Source of the DNA: Eledone cirrhosa
Taxonomy: Eukaryota
NCBI GenBank assembly: GCA_964016885.1
Contig: OZ024741.1
Span: 372,186,001 to 372,250,000 of the forward strand
DNA: 64,000 nucleotides
Direction: 5' to 3'
Numbering within the stretch: position 1 is the stretch's first letter; each line of letters begins with the position of its first letter. The notes below the pieces were generated by a model that had not been told where the DNA came from, searched no databases, and saw only the letters and a list, made by a program, of their open reading frames with translations. A program made the position numbers and the translations under genes. This document shows positions 8,987 through 22,171 of the stretch, one piece after another.

Positions 8987-11900
8987 TTAGATGCACAATT
9001 TTTGGAATGTTTTACATAATTTTACTGTTCCATTAATGGATTGTACTTGTAATTTCCTAACTAGTTGTGTTCTTTCTGTTCCTGTGAAGTCTAGCTTCTC
9101 AAGATTTGTATTGAGGCAGTTACTAACATATCCCAGTGCTCCAATAATCACAGGCATAAATCTGAATGTGTAATCAGGGTGGAGTATCTGCAGATTTCTC
9201 ATCAGTTCTGCATAAATATTCTCCTTTTCACTAATCTTTGATATTATATTGGCCTCTGCTGGGCAGCTAATTTTCACTACTGTGCATGTTTTCTTCTCCC
9301 TGTCCCATATCATAATATTTGGTCTGTTATGCCTGCATTTTATTGGGGTTTTTACTGGAACATTCCACCAGTACTCTTTCATATTATGTACATGGATGTC
9401 TTCCACATTGTTGTAGCTTTTAATGTGTTTATTATTGGGGCTATCTTTTTTACGAACTGCATTGTACAATGTTTTGGCCACTACATCATGCCTCATAGGT
9501 AGATAGTACCGCGATGACATCTTTGGGCAGCTGCTGATGACATGGATGATATCCTCGATGTTAGTTCTGCAGAGTCTGCACTTGTTATCACATCTAGGTG
9601 TTTTGCCTGCATCCCTATCTCTTTTGTGGATCAGGTATTTCGTGCTAATCTCCTGTTCTTGGATTGCAAAAGCGTATCCTTCAAAGTGGGAGCCAATATA
9701 GCGGTTGTTGGTCCAAGATAGACTACTTTCCTTATCTATATTACTCTCACTCTGGAGCTTCCTGGCAACATATCCATGCACGATTTTTTGCTGATAGGCA
9801 TGCAGTTTTTCATCCATCGATTCACTGCGATACTGCTGAGCGACATCCCTGGGTGTGAGTTTTTGATTATCACACAGGGAATATCTCTCAAGGAGTTCCT
9901 TCCCAACTCTCATGATCTTATCTGTTTCATGCAGATAGACTTGCTCGAGAAGCGGGCTCCTACGCTTCGAGGTTCGTAGATGTCGGACAGATATGATGCG
10001 ACATTCAAATGTTGTCTGGACGGATGTTAGGCCTCTGCCTCCCTGCTTACGTTTCAAGTAAAGGCGGTCTATGTCACTGTTGATGTGGAAGTTTCCGGTG
10101 TTGTTCAGTATTTTTCGAGTTCCAACATCAACTGCTCGGATTTCGTCTATCGTCCAATTGAGTATTCCAAACGTTGGTGTTAGGACAGGCACAGCAAACA
10201 CATTGTGAGCCACTGTTTTGTTTTGCGCAGAGAGTTCCGATGACCAGATCTTTCTTAATCTGGTGTAGTATTCCCTGGTTTCGCGTTCTTTATTACAGAT
10301 ACCATTATAGGATATGTTCTCATCTATCCCGAGGTATCTGTAGCAGTCCTCATCAGATATCGGTGAAACAGTTAGACCATTGATTACAATGTTGCTAGAT
10401 TGGGTTGTTGTTTTTCCCCGCTTTACAGTCATGTATGAGCATTTATCTTGGCCAAACTCCATTCCTATATCCTTTGAGAACGTTGTAACCAGGTCAAGAT
10501 TTTTCTTCATCCCATCCATGTTCTTGGCATAGAGTTTCAGATCGTCCACAAAGAAGTTATGGGTTAGGTTCGTATTTCTGTCCTCCTGTGAGCCAATGAT
10601 GTATCCCTCACATTTCTTGAGCAGAAAGGACAAGGGGTTTAATTACAAGATGAACAATATCACAGAGAGACTGTCCCCCTGAAATATACCCCTGCAATAT
10701 TTTATTTTATCAGTGATAATAGAGTCCTCCCTCTCTGTCTTTAACCTTAGGATAGTAGCCCAAGAAGAAGACAGCCTCTCTATGGCTCTGACAATAATGT
10801 CTGGGACTTTAGCAAGTTGGAGGGCTTCTATCATCCAAGAGTGGGGAACAGAATCGAAAGCTTTCCTGTAGTCCAGCCAGACTGTAGTCATATTCCTCCT
10901 AAGTTGTCGCACCTCTGACATCGCAGTTTTGTTGATTAGGAGTTGTTCAGCACATCCCCAAACCCTTTTCTTTCCAGCTGCTTGTTCATCTGTGATGATG
11001 TTATTATTTTCACAGTGATCTTGGAGGAATAGGTTGAGGCAGGCTGTATACATCTTATACATCAGGTTCTGGCATGCAATGGGTCGGTGGTTTTTTGCCA
11101 AGTGGGTGTCTTTGTTCTTGGGGACCAGTAACGTTTGTGCTAATGTCAACCATTCTGGTATAAGTGTATCTCCCTTAAGAACTTGTTGGTAGAGGTCAGT
11201 AAGATACCTCCGATAGAATATTAGTTTTTTGTACCAGTAGCCGACAATCATGTCTCTTCCTGGTGTTTTCTTATCTTGGAGTTTTCCTATCACAGTCTCA
11301 AGGGTACCCTCACTTATTTCGTATGTTTTTGTTGTAGTGTAGGAGCAATAGTTCTTTCGGATTTCTCTTAGCCACACAGCATCTTGGTTGAAATTCTTCT
11401 TTTCACCCCCTATTTTTCTCCAAAAGGAATCTATGTCTTTCTGGGATGGGACCTCAGTGACACTTATTATTTTGCCCTTCATATCTCTATAGACTGATGT
11501 TTGGTTTCGTCTGAATCTTTTATTAAGCACTTTTCTCTCATCTACCTTCTTCAGGTATCGGCGTTTTTCGCTAACAGCTCTCAATTCTTGTTTGCGGGTG
11601 ATCAGCTTATATTGGAGAGTTCTGGTTCTACTGTTACCAAACATCGTCTCTATTTTATTTTCCACTCTTTGTTGGTGAGGAGTGAAGTTTTTTTGTGTTT
11701 GTTTGCATGTAAGGAGCATTATCAGATGTCCTATGTTTTTTCGTAGGTCAGCACTCTTTTTTTCTATTTTAGTTATATATGATGGTATTTTTGGTGGTGT
11801 TTTGTTCTTGTTAATATCTCTGCTATCACCAAGATAATGCTTCACTGTCATTGCTAAGGCATATAAACAGGCGTTGATTTGCCAAAATGTTGGGGTTTTT

Positions 11901-12628
11901 ATCCGCCGTAAATATTCATCCCCTATTTCGTCAATAACACGTAGTATTTCATTATTTGGTTTTTTATTCACCATTGTCATTTTAGCATGTTCAGCCAGAG
12001 AGATATTTATACATGAGTTAATTTTTCTCTGGAAGATTTCGTTGAGGGAAATTTTCAATTGTTTATACTTTTGATTATCATTATCGATAGTATTTTCCAC
12101 AACAGTCGAGGTAGACTCGGATGGTATACGTGGTGTCACATTTATTCGATTATTATTATTATCGATAGTGTTTTCCCCAGCATTCGAGGTAGACTTAGAT
12201 GGTACAGGCATAGTTGTTTCAAGGCGCTGTTCGACCTGGCTGCTAGGAAGTCTAGTAGCATGGCGATCTGTAGCACGTGTTGTTGATTCCATGTTTGTTG
12301 TGGGGGACTTACAATTAATAATATTTATCTTATTTTTACGTTCAACAAACGTCGCTTGTTGGCGTAATTGTTTCGCTGTGAAATAATTTAGCTCTGGGTG
12401 CATTTCGTCCCAGTGTAGCTTCATTCTATTCATATAGCCAATGGAGGGATTGTTTTTTGCCATTTTATAACAATTAAATAAATCATTATTAAATTCGCAA
12501 CTCCAAGAGAAATGCGATTTATAATTTCGGTTTCTTCTGTAGCTACAACTGAATAAAGTTTGATTACCTTCTTTGTTATTTGTCTTCGATACTTCCTTAA
12601 TTTTCTTGTTGATGTTGTGTTCAGCCAT
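8987..12628 (-). pseudogene. RT + CCHC knuckle + RLE polyprotein, inactivated
   Basis: Motifs WLDYRKAFDSVPHSW, GIFQGDSLS, FVDDLKLY, YRYLG, GGRGL, CRLC..IHVISSC, RHD, RPN..KISCP. An in-frame TAA at 10645-10643 splits the two ORF-track entries. The RLE acidic residues are substituted (PD to PN, E to K) relative to the 33818 copy. Confidence 0.85.
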
Positions 12629-12716
12629 GCTGTTTGTAGCAAATCCTTGTAAAATGAATTATGTATTTAGTCGGATATCTCTACGAATTCGAATAAAAGG
12701 TGTCTTCAGAAGGGAT

Positions 12717-13414
12717 TATAGCGTAGAGTACTGGGTTGCATGAATGTAACAAGGAATACATGGTTTGTGTGTATAATATTTAATTAACAATGGTAGATAG
12801 TATAGCTGACATGTCAAAGAAATAGATGATAGAATGAAACAAAGTTAGTCGTTACCGTTTTGATTGCCAGGCAAACGCGGCTGGCAGAGGACGCCTGGCT
12901 AAGGCCAGCCAGGCGCCGGAAGGCCAAATGAGAGGCAGAGCCAAATGAGAGAGTGAGAACTTAAAGTTGTTAGTTTTATAGGGTTCTGACCGGAAGTTAC
13001 AGAAAGGGTTCTACTTCCCGTCTAGATGTTAATCCAAACAAGGGAGACAACCGCTACATAACCTCCCGCCAGAATTTTAGAATATAAAAATCGAATTGAA
13101 ATATGTAGCAAGTTGGCGAGAATGTTGTAACAGGCATGAAAATTACGACAAAAGAATGTTTGCAAAAATCAATGATAGATATCAAGGTAGTAAAGTAAGA
13201 GAAGGGCTCAAAGTTCAAATGTACAAAATATAGTTCACAGGTGTGCAATCACATGACAGCAGGAAAGAAAGTGTGTTCCAGAGAATGAATGCAGGTGGTC
13301 TCTGTTTTGTGGTATATCGTGAAATTTCCAACCTCCGAATGGATTTTCTCACAGGAAGAGTGCTGCAAAAATAAATTCTCTGGCTTTGGTTGTTGGTGAA
13401 GCTGTGTTGATGTA

Positions 13415-13446
<32 letters not shown>

Positions 13447-13468
13447 ATATTGCTGTTGCTGTTGCTGC

Positions 13469-13500
<32 letters not shown>

Positions 13501-14813
13501 CTGTATTGCTGTTGCTGCTGTATTGCTGTTGCTGTTATATTGCTGTTGCTGTTGCTGCTGCTGTTGTCTCGCTGAGTGAGCGTATTCGGTGTTTAAATTC
13601 ACAGTAAAAAAAAATTTTTTTTTAAAGAAAAAATGAGTTGCGCAAAGTGCTAGAAATAGCAGCCGAAGTTGATGGTCGATGTTGAGAATGCGTTGACCTA
13701 GAAGGGTCAAGAGGCCAGCGACCAAAGAAATAAGCATTCTGAATAAATGCGCAGTTTTCAACGACAAATTTACGTAGTAAATTTTTAAACCGGCAAATAG
13801 GAGAATATAGCTTAAGGCTGAAGAATCCTTGGCGAGAAATGTTATCTCTGGCGTGCGGCTATCTCTGTGAGTCGAGAATTTGTGCTGCCTACACGTGCCA
13901 ATACAAGGTTGAAAAAATAATATTTCTAACGCGCGAGAAAATGATAGTGCAATTTTGAAAGTGACAATGATGAAAAAGAAAGGCTTCACTCAGCATAATT
14001 ATTGGTGTGAACTTTGGAAAAAAAAAAAAACTTGAACGATGAAGAAAACGATGAAAAAAAAGGCAAGGGTTCATCGAAAATAAATGTTCCTGTTGAAATG
14101 TTTTTTAAAGAATATCAAATTTCTTTTTTTTTTGTTTTGAAAGAGTTCGTTGTAAGAAACGAGAAACATATATATATATATCGTGAAATGTTTTTTATTT
14201 TTTTGGTGAAAGTGTTCGTTGTAAGAAACGAGAAACATATATATATCTCGTGAAATGCGACAGTTAGTTGATGCGTGAGAGAAAAAGTCTGTCTGAACGC
14301 GAATTCCACATGTGCGTGTGTGCGTTTGTTTCTTTTACTGAGTATTTTCATAGTTTGTCGATAAATTTGCTGTGTATTCGTAATGTTAGTCACACAACGC
14401 CAGATCTGGTATTTTTTTTTTTGGGGGGGGGGGGTGACCACTTATAGCGATGAACGGCTGCGTGTTCGTATCACGTCAGGGTTACCAATATAGCGTAGAG
14501 TACTGGGTTGCATGAACGTAACAAGGAATACATGGTTTGTGTGTATAATATTTAATTAACAATGGTAGATAGTATAGCTGACATGTCAAAGAAATAGATG
14601 ATAGAATGAAACAAAGTTAGTCGTTACCGTTTTGATTGCCAGGCAAACGCGGCTGGCAGAGGACGCCTGGCTAAGGCCAGCCAGGCGCCGGAAGGCCAAA
14701 TGAGAGAGTGAGAACTTAAAGTTGTTAGTTTTATAGGGTTCTGACCGGAAGTTACAGAAAGGGTTCTACTTCCCGTCTAGATGTTAATCCAAACAAGGGA
14801 GACAACCGCTACA
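12717..14813 (-). mobile_element. Non-autonomous Gypsy-type LTR retrotransposon
   Basis: LTRs at 12717-13058 and 14489-14813 read TGTAGCG...CGCTATA on the minus strand. TSD GGAT lies at 12713-12716 and 14814-14817, PBS TGGTAACCCTGACGTGAT at 14487-14470, and a PPT-like CTGGCGGGAGGTTA precedes the 3' LTR. No gag/pol is recognisable. Confidence 0.88.
14470..14487 (-). promoter_or_regulatory. Primer-binding site complementary to tRNA-Trp
   Basis: 16/18 match to the canonical TGGTGACCCCGACGTGAT, 1 nt from the 5' LTR. Confidence 0.8.
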
Positions 14814-15161
14814 GGATAGTTAGAAGAATAACCAGTTATTCAACCTGGCTGTAGTTGTGGTATTACTGTCGGAGATAGTATTCATCTTAAATTTAATAGA
14901 TAGTCTCCCACGCCAAAATATGCGACTGATCGCGTTGTATGTATGTATGTATGTATGTATGTATGTATGTATGTATGTATGTATGTATGTATGTATGTAT
15001 GTATGTATGTATGTATGTATGTATGTATTTATGTATGAATCCGTAACTTCTGTTATGGAGTAGTAGGAGCATCGTAGTGACTTACGACGTGGCTTGGGGG
15101 CTTGATGGAACCAATTCTTCTCCAGGTCTGAACTGAACACAGCAAACTTTCATCGTAGAAG

Positions 15162-15251
<90 letters not shown>

Positions 15252-15629
15252 TATTTGTGTTTATCAATCTCGAGAAAAGGAAAGGCAAAGTTGACCTCGG
15301 TGGGTTTTGAACTCGGAGTGCTGAGAGGCGATACAAACAATACAGAGCTGTCTATCCAAACGTTCGAGATCACCAATGGTTAGGAGTGAAAGCAACATGT
15401 AGCATTAATGGTTCCGATAATTTCTTACCAAGATAATGGTGAAGGATTGGAAGGATTGGTAGACCCAAGCCTTGTGAATTAAATTGAGTAGACAAAAACT
15501 GTGGAAGCCCGTCGGATGGACTGTACCAGTAAACTCAAAGGGTCAATCTTGTCACATGGTATCACGCTAAATCTCCCATGGTTATGGCTAGTATTTATAT
15601 TATTATTTGGTATAGGGGTGGTATATTTG

Positions 15630-15835
15630 TGAAATAGGCAGAGTATCGGATAAAATACTTTTTAGCATTTAGTTACGTCCCTTTACATTTTGAATTCAAA
15701 TTCCGCCGGGATCAATTTTGCTTTTCATTCTTCCGGAGTCGATAAAATAAAGTATCAGTTAAATACTGGGGTTGATTTAATTAACTTTGTCCTCCCCTTC
15801 AAAGTTTGCTGGCCTTGGGCCTAAATTAAAAATCA
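15630..15835 (+). mobile_element. SINE copy (~220-bp Nin-like family)
   Basis: Contains AATTCAAATTCCGCCG..CTTTTCATTCTTCCGGAGTCGATAAAATAAAGTA..GCTGGCCTTG. Confidence 0.65.
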
Positions 15836-16020
15836 ATAATCGGCATGTGACCTTCATACCCTTTTTAATGGTGTCAGCAAAGTAAATAAAGTGGAACTAA
15901 AACACAGGCTATAGGCGGCCAACTGTGTGAGTCGTTAGAACGTTGGATAGAATGTTCTACGGTATTTGTTCCGGCTGTCTAAGAGAGAGAGAGTGGGAGA
16001 GGGGGAGAGAGAGGGGTAGA

Positions 16021-16070
<50 letters not shown>

Positions 16071-16266
16071 AATAAGTTGAACTATGATTTATTACTGCAA
16101 ATATTAATCAATTTGCTAACGGATATTTTCAGTCATGGTAAATTCTTTTTATCCATCTATGTATAAAGAATTAATATGACTTTTTGAGGAGGTCAACTTT
16201 GTTTCCATTTTTTCGAGTTTGATCCGTGAGGCGCAGCCGAAACACCGCTCTGACCTAGGTGTAGAG

Positions 16267-16547
16267 CAGGCATGGGCAAGCTGCGGCTCGCGAAGCTTTC
16301 TGAATGGCTCACCTAAGTGAAACCTTTCTGATTTTTTTACCCCAACTTTTCAGTCGTAATTTATCTTTCTATCATTTTTACGATCGAGGAAAACAACGTG
16401 TACGAATTCTGAAGAAACAAATCAAAACAACCTGAGTTACCGCCCTTTTTTTAATGTGGGCACGAATGTAAATTAGTGCTTGCGGCCCGCCTGATGATGA
16501 GCCATATCTCATGCGGTCCGCTTCTCGGAAAAGGTTTCCCATGCCTG
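16267..16547. mobile_element. hAT-type MITE
   Basis: TIR CAGGCATGGG/CCCATGCCTG with a perfect 8-bp TSD GTGTAGAG (16259-16266 and 16548-16555). Confidence 0.85.
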
Positions 16548-16844
16548 GTGTAGAGCCTGACACCTTCTCCCCTTCTCTCTTTCTTTCTTCCGTTGCCAAA
16601 TAGTCCTTACTCTTTCCCTCTCTTTCCTCTCATTTATGGCATTTATAGTCCTTTCCAATACTGTTTTTTTTTTCTATATGTTTGACTCAATATTAAATTC
16701 TTTATTATTTTTATGTAATTTTATCCTCGGGATATATTTGAGTGTTCTGAAATAAAATGTTTTCTTTGTATATATAAAAAAAGATAAAATAAAATAACAA
16801 TCGAATACTGGGAGTCGATATAATCGATTTTACCTCCCATTTCA

Positions 16845-16965
16845 AATTACTGGCCTTGTGCACAAATTAAAATCCATTCATTAAAATTACTGGCCTTGTG
16901 CATAAATTAGAATCCATTCATTAAAATTACTGGCCTTGTGCATAAATTAGAATCCATTCATTAAA
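16845..16965 (+). repeat. Three tandem ~40-bp copies of the SINE 3' end
   Basis: AAATTACTGGCCTTGTGCATAAATTAGAATCCATTCATTA repeated three times. Confidence 0.85.
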
Positions 16966-16966
16966 A

Positions 16967-17132
16967 TGTTTGACCAATAAGATGAAAGCTTTTCCAATTG
17001 GATCCAAGCACTGCAACACCGATGGAAGAAGTGTGTGGACCACAAGTGGGATTATGTTGAAAAATGAACCTCATTTGGTCCAATTCCACGAGGGTATCTT
17101 GGTCACCCTATGAACCCTTCAGCCGACCCTCG
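16967..17132 (+). mobile_element. Mariner transposon 3' end (transposase C-terminus + TIR)
   Basis: Encodes DESFSNWIQALQHRWKKCVDHKWDYVEK*, followed by TIR ...TTCAGCCGACCCTCG and TA. Confidence 0.8.
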
Positions 17133-17751
17133 TACTCATTAACTTTATATCATGGATGTTTTCTTTCTCAATTTAACGGTTTAATAACTCTCACCGTTTG
17201 TTGTTGCTGCTGTTGATGATGATCATACTGATCATGACGACGACGACGACGATGATGATGGCGGCGACATTGACGGCGACGATAACGTCGATAACAGCGG
17301 TCACGAATTCAGAACCTGTTGAAACTTTCATTTATTAATGAATTAGTTTATTGTTGACAAACAAATTTAATAAAAGAAGAAATAAAAAAGAAAATTTAGA
17401 TTGAGAAGAAAGAATGAAATGTAAAATAAGAAAATACAAAAGAAAAGAAAACCGGAAAAGGAGGGGAATGGAAAGAGCTCTCGTGTCACAGAAGAATGTG
17501 GAGGGGGAGGGTGATTGGGGCCTAGGACACGGCGATAATAAAGCTGCGCCTCTCGGACAGACCGCAAAAGCATTCCCGCGGACAATGGTCAGCGACACCC
17601 GCTGCAACAGCCACCCTACCTCGCGGGACTCCTTCCTCAGACGGGCCGCCGACGTTCTGATCTTGCGGAGGAGCTCGGCAGTACGAGATCCAAGTACGCC
17701 TGAAGTCTCGACGGTGACTGGTTCACTCTTTCATTTATTTGTCTATTCCAG

Positions 17752-17965
17752 GGCGGTGGATTAGCAGTATCGGTAGAAAGTCGGACGCCATGCTTTGCAG
17801 CATAAAGTTACGGCCTTTTATGATCTGAGTTCAAATCCCACCGAGGTTAACTTTCCTTTCATCCTTACGGGATCGATAAAACAAAGCAGCAGTAATGTAC
17901 TGGGGTCGGTTTAATTGACTTTCCCCTGCTCCCAAAATTACTGGCCTTGTGCCTATACTAGAAAT
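17752..17965 (+). mobile_element. Full SINE copy with long TSD
   Basis: Flanked by the direct repeat TCATTTATTTGTCTATTC. Confidence 0.8.
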
Positions 17966-18249
17966 CATTTATTTGTCTATTCACTCATTTATTTATTTAT
18001 TTATTTATTTATTTATTTGTTTGTTTATGTAGCTGTTGTTGTCATCTATTTATGTTTCATATGCCATATCAGCCCTTCTTGTACTTAGAGGCTTAGCACC
18101 TTGACAGGTCTATTTATCAATCTCATCCCCAACGTTACTGTCAACCTACCCACCTCACTCTCTCTTTGTCACTCTTTCTCTCCATTTCTACCACTCTTTA
18201 AAATTACGTTAACCACCTCTTCCGCCTTTTTTTTCTTTTGAAGAAAGTA

Positions 18250-18760
18250 CCAACTTCTATCCTCCTCTATGGCTGTGAAACATGGCCTATGGGGTAGTCG
18301 ATCAACGAGGGCTGGAGGTCTTCGACAATGACTGTCGCCGCCGCATTCTTCGCTGCCGACGCGTTGATCGGGTACCTACCACCAGTCTTCGTCTTCGCCT
18401 GAATCTTCGACCCCTTCCTTCAGTGCTTCTGCAACGGCGCTTGAGATGGTTTGGTCCCGCAGCCCGGCGCCCTGAGGGTGAGCTGATCGGCTATGTTCTC
18501 CTCCCACCTCCACTCCCTAACTGGCACAAGCACGTTGGCGGACAGCTGAAGACCTGGGCAACGCCGATCAAGGAGGACCTCTCCGAACTCTCAGGTCCGC
18601 AGGTGTCGGCCTGCGCAGATGGAACCGTGACTGGCTCGCTATCTCCAGTGACCTAACCCAGGACCGTCTTGCGTGGGCTGCCATGGTTCGGGATGCCGCC
18701 AGGACAAGGGAAGAAGCCGGATCAACCCGTCCAGGGTGAATGTCGACACAAGTACAAGTA
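18250..18760 (+). mobile_element. RTE-clade LINE 3' fragment
   Basis: Encodes LLYGCETW..LEVFDNDCRRRIL..RRLRWFG..GGQLKTW and ends in a CAAGTACAAGTA tail. Confidence 0.8.
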
Positions 18761-19092
18761 GGTACAGCCCAGTCTTGGTGCACCCGTCTTTCTTTCCAGC
18801 TCTCACATCTTGGATCAAAGGAGGAAGGGCAAGTGGAGAGGGTGTCTGTGTCTGCTCCCGACTGCATGGGCACCTAAACCTCTTTGCACACACACACACA
18901 CGCACGCGCGCGCACATACACATATATTGAAGTATTTAACTTAGTTTCTACACCAATCATGAGATAACACACCTACGATGGATGATATGAATAACGTCGA
19001 GTGCTTTTTATTATTGCTTCATGATTTGCCATCTGGAATGACCAGATCTACTCATTGGTTAAGTCATCCAATATATATATATATATATATAT

Positions 19093-19171
19093 ATACATTA
19101 AAATATATGATAAACACAAAACGTGTTTGCATTGCAAACACGTTTTGTGTTTATCATATATTTTAATGTAT
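19093..19171. repeat. Perfect palindrome, 39-bp arms, 1-nt spacer
   Basis: ATACATTAAAATATATGATAAACACAAAACGTGTTTGCA, then T, then its exact reverse complement. Confidence 0.9.
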
Positions 19172-19295
19172 TTAACTGCTCGGAAATGACCCTTTCCTGG
19201 AGCTTAATTATTGTAAAGGACTGAGAGCTTATTCTCAAAATATTATATAGTATATATATATATATATATATATCTTCTATATATATATATATATA

Positions 19296-19735
19296 TCTTC
19301 TATATATATATAAAAGCGTGGATGTGTCTGTGGACAACTTTGGACACCTAACTTTGGACAACTTTGGACACCAACTTTGGACAACTTTGGACACCTAAGG
19401 GTTTTACAATTCCCAGCCGAATTTGACCAAATTTTATGTGCACGTTGCACCTGTCGCTAAGATGGTCACATCACAATTTTTCAAATCGACCCACGTTGAG
19501 CAATAAAAAATCGCTAGCAAAATTATTTTTTCTAAAGTGTCCTGTTCAGTGTTTTCCTTCATTATCAGCATAGTTTTATGTGTACAAAGATTGCACTAAA
19601 TATTCGTTTGCATTAATTATTGAAGACTTCTGCTTATTTTGACAGGTTGGGGACAAATAATTTTCTTCTTTTACTTCCTAGCTGTATATTCTTACCATAA
19701 TTTCAAACCCCGGGCAACGCCGGGTAAATCTGCTA

Positions 19736-19736
<1 letters not shown>
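19296..19736 (+). mobile_element. Non-autonomous Helitron-like element
   Basis: 5' TC..TATATATAAAA, internal CAACTTTGGACA repeats, 3' hairpin CCCGGGCAACGCCGGG then CTAG|T, with (TA)n flanks. Confidence 0.75.
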
Positions 19737-19789
<53 letters not shown>

Positions 19790-19978
19790 GGAAAAAATGA
19801 AAGAAATTTCATTTCCCACTCTTAGTACGGCTGTTACTTAAATATAAGTATGTACACGTACATACATATATGTATACAGACGTACAGTAGTATGCATATA
19901 TATATACATACATGCACACATATATATATATGTACGTATGGATTCACCGAACATTTATTATAATGGTCGGTGTGTTTG

Positions 19979-20064
<86 letters not shown>

Positions 20065-20068
<4 letters not shown>

Positions 20069-20571
20069 AATTGAGGTTGGTAATGGCACATGGAATATAT
20101 AAGAGACAGAATACTTTTTTGTGAAAAAACATAATTTTATAAGGTAAGGAAATAATAAAGGGTATAAAAAATGACCGGTTTCGATGGGTCTGCAAAAGCC
20201 ATCTTTTCAAATGTTGATTAATATTAAGAAAAATTAATAATACGAAGAGTTAAAATTTGAGACTTGAAAATTCAAGTATAAAATTCATTGTGGGATTTCA
20301 TAGCAGTTTTCATCTTGGTAGCAACAACAGGTTGACTGCTGTGTCCCTTTCTGGTAGTGAATGAGAAGTTATTTGGGGTGTGGGTTATTTTATAAAGGTC
20401 AGATTTAGCAATCACCAACTGGCCAGCTGCTGGTCAGTGAGGGGGTGGAAGCAATATACATACACATATCTTCCTGTGATGGGTAGGAGAGTGGAGCGTG
20501 ATAGAAAGGGATTTAGTGCACTTACACCTATATATACACACATACCTTCATCCACACATACATACATATAC

Positions 20572-20610
<39 letters not shown>

Positions 20611-20681
20611 CACACATACATACACACACACATATACATATACATACACACATACACACACACACATATATATATACACAT

Positions 20682-20740
<59 letters not shown>

Positions 20741-20779
20741 TATATATACATACACATACATCCAGATACACACATACAT

Positions 20780-20812
<33 letters not shown>

Positions 20813-21995
20813 CACACATATATATATATATATATATTTATATACACACACACACACACACCCCCACACATACATACACACACACACACATATATATATA
20901 CATACACACATACAAACATACACACACACACACACATATATATACACACACATACACACACATATATATACACACACACACACACACGCATATATATATA
21001 TATATACACATACGCATACATCCAGATACCCACATACATACACACACACACACACACGCACACACAATATATACATCCACATGCACACACATACACACAC
21101 ACACACATATACACATACATACACCCACACACAGAGAAATGGCCTTCAAATATATATATATATATATACATACAGACACATATATTTTTTCCATAATATA
21201 AGAAGTTGGGGCAGTGAAATTAAAATACAAGTCATTCTGATCACATTGAGTTCTTCATGTAGATTGGGCCCCGCAACCGACAGTGGTGAATTCTGTGTGC
21301 GCATATATATATAGATATATGTGTGTGCACGTGCAGGGTTTAACATGGATGTGTTGGTCACACAAAGGCATGGTCTGTCAATGAATAAACCTGATTCTAC
21401 AGAATTGGTCTCTGGTCTTTAATAGTAGTGATTCCGTGCGTATGTGTGTTTATATTTTATGACAATTCTATTGGGGTGATAACCCGTTTAGTTTTGGTTT
21501 AAATTTGTTAAGGAATAGATTTTCGTGCACACACATATATCTATATATATATGCGCACACAGAATTCACCACTGTCGGTTGCGGGGCCCAATCTACATGA
21601 AGAACTCAATGTGATCAGAATGACTTGTATTTTAATTTCACTGCCCCAACTTCTTATATTATGGAAAAAATATATGTGTCTGTATGTATATATATATATA
21701 TATATATTTGAAGGCCATTTCTCTGTGTGTGGGTGTATGTATGTGTATATGTGTGTGTGTGTGTATGTGTGTGCATGTGGATGTATGTATTGTGTGTGCG
21801 TGTGTGTGTGTGTGTGTATGTATGTGGGTATCTGGATGTATGCGTATGTGTATATATATATATATATATGCGTGTGTGTGTGTGTGTGTATATATATGTG
21901 TGTGTATGTGTGTGTATATATATGTGTGTGTGTGTGTGTATGTTTGTATGTGTGTATGTATATATATATGTGTGTGTGTGTGTATGTATGTGTGG

Positions 21996-22077
<82 letters not shown>

Positions 22078-22116
22078 ATGTATGTGTGTATCTGGATGTA
22101 TGTGTATGTATATATA

Positions 22117-22171
<55 letters not shown>

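Larger units (their letters stand above)
8751..14935 (-). mobile_element. Full-length R4-like (restriction-like endonuclease) non-LTR retrotransposon in a (CATA)n array, interrupted by an LTR element
   Basis: One reading frame 12628-8987. (TATG)n abuts both ends (8680-8750 and 14936-15025), and the 5' UTR resumes after the LTR element's GGAT TSD. Confidence 0.85.

Noticed and set aside
10633-10645. Two-ORF or programmed readthrough organisation of the R4-like LINE
   Set aside because: The single in-frame TAA lies within a conserved RT motif, and the RLE catalytic residues are also mutated, which indicates decay.
13249-13989. 246-aa poly-Q ORF inside the LTR element
   Set aside because: It starts at a non-ATG codon, is held open by a CAG/CAA repeat and has no gag, pol or env motifs.
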